Positions 59,592 through 64,000 of a DNA stretch of 64,000 nucleotides are shown piece after piece. Under the pieces are notes generated by a model that was given only the letters and a program-made list of their open reading frames with translations, searched no databases and was not told the origin of the DNA. Source of the stretch: Moniliella sp. 'wahieum'. Taxonomy: Eukaryota. Location of the stretch: NCBI GenBank assembly GCA_003971905.1, contig RSEE01000022.1, positions 434,001-498,000 on the forward strand, written 5' to 3'. A program made the position numbers and the translations under genes. The number at the start of each line of letters is the position of its first letter. Position 1 is the stretch's first letter.

Positions 59592-59677
59592 CTCTCCGAC
59601 CGGGAATCGAACCCGGGTCTCGTCCGGACGCCCACATCGATGACAGGGACGTGTCATAGCCACTAAACTATCGGAGA
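59592..59677 (-). tRNA. tRNA-Asp(GTC) with 14-nt intron
   Basis: TCTCCGA/TCGGAGA acceptor, CGTCC-CTGTCA..C-GGACG anticodon arm, CCGGG-TTCGATT-CCCGG T-arm, G73, downstream T-run. Confidence 0.95.
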
Positions 59678-60021
59678 TACGTACTTTGAAGGTTGTGGCT
59701 ACAAAAGTAGTTGACCTATTTTTCGCTTGTTGCCCTACATCAACCCGAACGTACCTATCTTCTCTCCCCCTTCCCGATTCACAGAAACTGGTATCATATT
59801 CTTATGCCAATAGCGATTGATCGATCTACGTGCAGAAAATAGACATAGATCACTAGCGTCCTTCCGAGCGACCAGGGAAGGGAGCCAGCAAGCATGCGGC
59901 ATGCTGCTCTCGATATATCCAGGGGGAATAGTGTGTTTGATGTAGCGGGAAGTACAGTGGCGAGGAAGGGGGGGGGAAGAGTAGAAAAGAAGCCATGGGC
60001 ATGGGGGCACCGCGCACATCT

Positions 60022-63000
60022 TCATGACCTTCCCAACAATGGGTCTGCCGCCTCCAGAGTGGGGGTGGCCACCGAAGAAACGCGATGCGGGCGAATCGAT
60101 TTGTCGGTCACAGTGGCCGTAGACAAGGGCCGGTCTTGGCCAGGATAAGATTCCTCCTCTTCTGGAGGAGGAAGTTCGGTGGTCGATAAACTTTCCGCAC
60201 GCACGCACGTCTCTTCCAGCGAGGACCGCAGCGAAGAGGAGGACACACTGCTCCCGGGGGCTGGGCTCGAGCTGAGAGAGGGGAAGGACTCGGCTTCCGA
60301 GTGGTGTGGCGTCGGCCGCGCTCGTGATCCCTCTTCGTCCCCTTCATCCGTCCAGAGACCACTGCTCATCCGTCCCGACGCACTCAAGCGGTCCGACTCT
60401 CCCACATCCGTCTCGTCCTCCATGTCAAAGAGCACATCATACTGCTCAATCATGATCTTGACCACGTGCGCCGCACGACCAATGTTGCTCCCCCAATGCA
60501 ACCGGGTCCGCCCCGGGGGGGTTGAGCAACGACGTGCCGAATACCAGCCCGAGGTTGTGGGCCGGCATCGAGTTGAGTTTGGATTCGGCTGCGACACGGG
60601 TCAGATGCTGAATCGTTCGCCGCAGCAAGACATAGTGCGCGGTTGGGAAAGAACGGATAATGCCGCGGATAACAGCGTGGAGTTGACTCGGCTCGTCCAG
60701 TTGCTCTGCTGTGATAAGGTGGTGGTAGAAAGCAAAGGGGACCACTGGCTCGGGCATGTCACGGTACCACTGCTTGACCACGCCAGAGAGCGTGTGCGGG
60801 TCGGAAAACTCGCCAGTGAGCAAATCAATCGAGGAGAGGGGCTTGGTGTCAAGAAGTTTCTTCAGCACATTGATCGTGTTCTTAGCGCCCGAGACGCGGT
60901 AGAGCCCCACCTCTGTCAAGTGCCGGGCCTCGATCACACGGAACAGTGTTTCGATTGGAGCGGGCACAGCGCCTTCCCGCTCGGCCAGGGTGAGCAGGTT
61001 GACTCCAAAAATGGGCTGGACAGCCAGCGAGGATGGCATCCGCCCCCCATGCAGCAACGATTGGTCAAACATCGCCGCCGCATTATCGATCGCCCGGACC
61101 CAGGAGGAGAGCTCAGATGGCCCCGTAGCCTGGAATACGTGTCGGCCCCCATCAGACGAGGTGAGATGGAAGACATACGGCCGGTCGGCAGATGCAGCGG
61201 CGGAGACTGTCGCACGGCCGACCTTGATCTTGTGAGCCGGTTTGGACGAGGTTTGAACCACCATTAAGAGTTCATCAACGGAGCGAGGGCCTTCCCGATC
61301 GAGACTTGCAACACTGTTGCCGCCTCGGAGCGCCCCGGAAGGCGGAACAAGGCTGTTACCCTGCGCGATCGCCGTTCGGGTGCTGACGTCGGTGCCGAGG
61401 AGGGAAGCAACGAGGACGAAGATTGTGTAGGGTGGAAAAGGTTGTAGAGAGGGCTGTGGGGAGTGGTACCCCGAGAGGTGTGCTCTGGCACAGGTGAAGG
61501 GAGCGCTGCGCGCAGCGGCGGCTCCTCCTGCACCATTGGCGAAAGGGGGAAGACAGAGGGAGGGGGAAGGCTAACAGGGGTGGGGGCAAGGCCAGAGACA
61601 GGAACAAGGGAGGGGGAAGAAGCCATAGCAACTGGGCGAGATTGGGCAACGTAGTTCTGCAGTTCTGCTGCAGCAGCGCGGATACGTTTCCGAGCAGCAT
61701 GCTCTTCGGCCAAGAAAGCAGAGAACACACGGCTTTTGGGTGGAGGGATGTTCCCCGCCTCGCGCTGTGCATCCTCCTTGAACAGCCTTCGATCCCACAC
61801 CGAAGCTGCCAAAACGCCTTGGATGGTCCGCAGCCGAGCCCCCGCCACTTCGGGATCCACGATCGACGGCCCTGCCCCCGGGGCAACCTGAAGGCTTCCT
61901 TCCACCAAGCCATGGACAAGACGATGTGGATCCCACGCAATCAAGCCCGCGGGCGCCTCATAGGGCTGAGTATAGGTCTGGGCTATGCATCCCAACACCC
62001 AACCAATATCGATCGCAGACGCAGGAGCATCCGAGCCCGTATCTTGCATCCAGAGGAGACTGGCCTGGGCAGGTGTGGGGCCCAACCCCCACAATGTTTC
62101 CAGGTCGGCATTGCGTTCCGCAGCGACCGCCTGCCATGCAGCAGAAAAAATGCGCGACTCGTGCGAAGTCAAACCCGACGCCAATGCACTTGCGACAAAA
62201 CTGCTCACGCACGGCGTCGTCATCACTTCTTCGGGGGAAGGGGGCGTACCCACTGGCCGCTGACGCGCCAAACGGGCACGCGAAATATACAACGCGTCCA
62301 AAAGAATCAGCATACGCTGCTTCCTGCGCTGGATACCGAGTTGCGGAGTAATCCTAGAGTATAAAGTCAGTCAGTTTTCCATAGCACATCTCAAAAGATG
62401 ACAACGTACACTTGCGCAGCCACCCATCCACGGAGCATATGTTGCACAGCACACCCGAACGTCAGGGCCGCTGGGAGAGCACGGAGGAGCAATTTGGCAT
62501 CCTTCACGGGGGCAGGGGCAGGGGAAGGGCTGGGCGAAGCCGAAGTCGAAGTCGAGGAGGGAACCCCCGCCACTTGGGGTGCGACCGAGACAGAGTCAAG
62601 CACACCATACATGCTCAAATCGTGCCAGTCATCCTTCTTCTTCCCTCCTAACACCTGCGACGGGAACCACGCCAACGGAGAGGATTGTCTTTGCCTCTCC
62701 AACAGAGACGCAGCGATAGACCAGTCCCGACGGGTGATCTTGTGGAGGTAGATGCACACCACACTCTCAAGGAATTGCACCACCTCACTTGCCGATGCCG
62801 TGTCCACGTCCAGCGTTTCCTCTCCACCCATAGAAGTTGGAGGAGGGAGGCTGGGCAGATCTGAGTCTCTCGAATGCACCAGCGTAGCCAGGGCGAAGGA
62901 CTGCACCAGGTCCGCGTGCGCCGAAGCCACGTCCCCGCTTAGCTCACCAGGAGAACGCAAAAAGTCCGAAGCTAACCCCCATAGTTGAGGAGAGTCATAA

Positions 63001-64000
63001 AAGTCTTGTGCACACGTTCCACCCATAATCTGAGAATCGAGACGACAGCTAGTTGCACACTGGCTGGGGTGGGCGATGGCGCGGTCGTTGTCGCAGGCCG
63101 TGCAGGGGCTGCTGTCCAAAGCGGAAAGAAAGGAGGGGTGGTCGTCTCGGTAGCATGATGGGCATGTTGGAACCGAGCAACGAGCAATTGGAAAAATTGC
63201 ACCCCCGTGCAAAGGGAACGATATGTGTCGATAAAGATTTGTTGCAAAGCAAGGGTGTCGAGACGTAACTTAGCAGGCGATGTAGCGGGCATTCGGGATT
63301 CCTGGTTGGTCACCACGGCGGGTAAATGTGAAACTCCCAACACCATTAGATCGACTTCAAGCAGGTCAGTGACAATTGAACAATGGAAATGTGAGGTGAA
63401 CAGGGTCTTACGTACCAAGACGGTCGAGGGAAGCAAACTTGACCTCAACATGTACCGTCACCTGGTGGGAGATGGCAGAACGCGTAGGCTGGCGGAAGGA
63501 AGACGAGCGCGAGTGCCGCTTGACTCCAATCTCGAGGTCTTGCGAAACACGGCGCGCAGCCTTGGAGGATCGCGAACGAAGGGGGCTGGTCGGCGTAGTG
63601 GCGCCGAGTTGGGGTCCTCATCTTCGACCCCAATGGGGCGAAGTGTCAAGGATGAGTCCACCACCAAGTCACCCACATTACGCCGCAAAGTATCCCCAGG
63701 ACCAAAGAGGTCGCCCCATCCACTACCAAAAGAGAGAGAGGTGAGCGTGGCAATCGTCGCTCGGGGAATAGAAAGGGCCCCATCCAAAGATCCCTCCAGA
63801 TGCAAGCCGAGACCCGGTACAAGCGCAGGGATGGACTGGGTCCGTGGGATGGGCTGGGACATGTCCGCGACCGAAAGGAGCGGAACGGGCGACGTAGTAA
63901 GTAGAGGGAGGGTCGCATTCGCTTCCACATATGCGGGTAAAGTCGATTTTTCCAAAGGACCGGTAGAGGAAGGGGGTTCAACATCGAATGAGCGCTGGAG
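60022..64000 (-). CDS. Bem2-like RasGEF/PH/RhoGAP protein (5' part outside window)
   Basis: REM-like VKFASLDRL|VDLMV and IFIDTYRSLCT..LLVARF; PH RPYVFHLTSSDGGRHVFQA..LSSWVRAI; RhoGAP PIFGVNL..GLYRVSG..LSGVVKQWYRDMPEP..NSMPAHNLGLVFG. Introns 62354-62409 and 63355-63415. Confidence 0.85.

Overview
Eukaryotic fungal genomic DNA, not prokaryotic: GC-rich, compact genes with few short GT-AG introns and GCTRAC-type branch points, and intron-containing tRNAs. The gene content suggests a basidiomycete, most like Ustilaginomycotina (inference). Almost every gene, including cofilin, PKA and OLE1, is broken by 1-2 bp deletions. Paired LTRs differ only by the same kind of indel, so the frameshifts are best read as uncorrected long-read errors and many gene ends are approximate. 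Genes: secreted protein (partial), ALDH3-type aldehyde dehydrogenase, cofilin, delta-9 desaturase, F-BAR/RhoGAP-like protein, LAMMER/CLK-derived pseudokinase, Zn2Cys6 transcription factor, Sec11, Pcl/Pho80-type cyclin, PKA catalytic subunit, a small membrane protein, a large coiled-coil protein, Efg1, FUN14, Hst3/4 sirtuin and a Bem2-like RasGEF-PH-RhoGAP (partial), plus tRNA-Ala, -Ser and -Asp. Mobile DNA: a young full-length chromodomain Ty3/gypsy element with a Tf1-like self-priming signature, a young 1.4-kb non-autonomous LTR element with an unusual PBS, a rearranged copia-like fragment and an old gypsy relic. The most unusual observations are the triple-dead pseudokinase, a RhoGAP lacking its arginine finger, the priming signals of the LTR elements, and recurring 7-bp-period arrays of 6-bp palindromes in intergenic DNA. 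I see no evidence for a wholly new multi-gene system.
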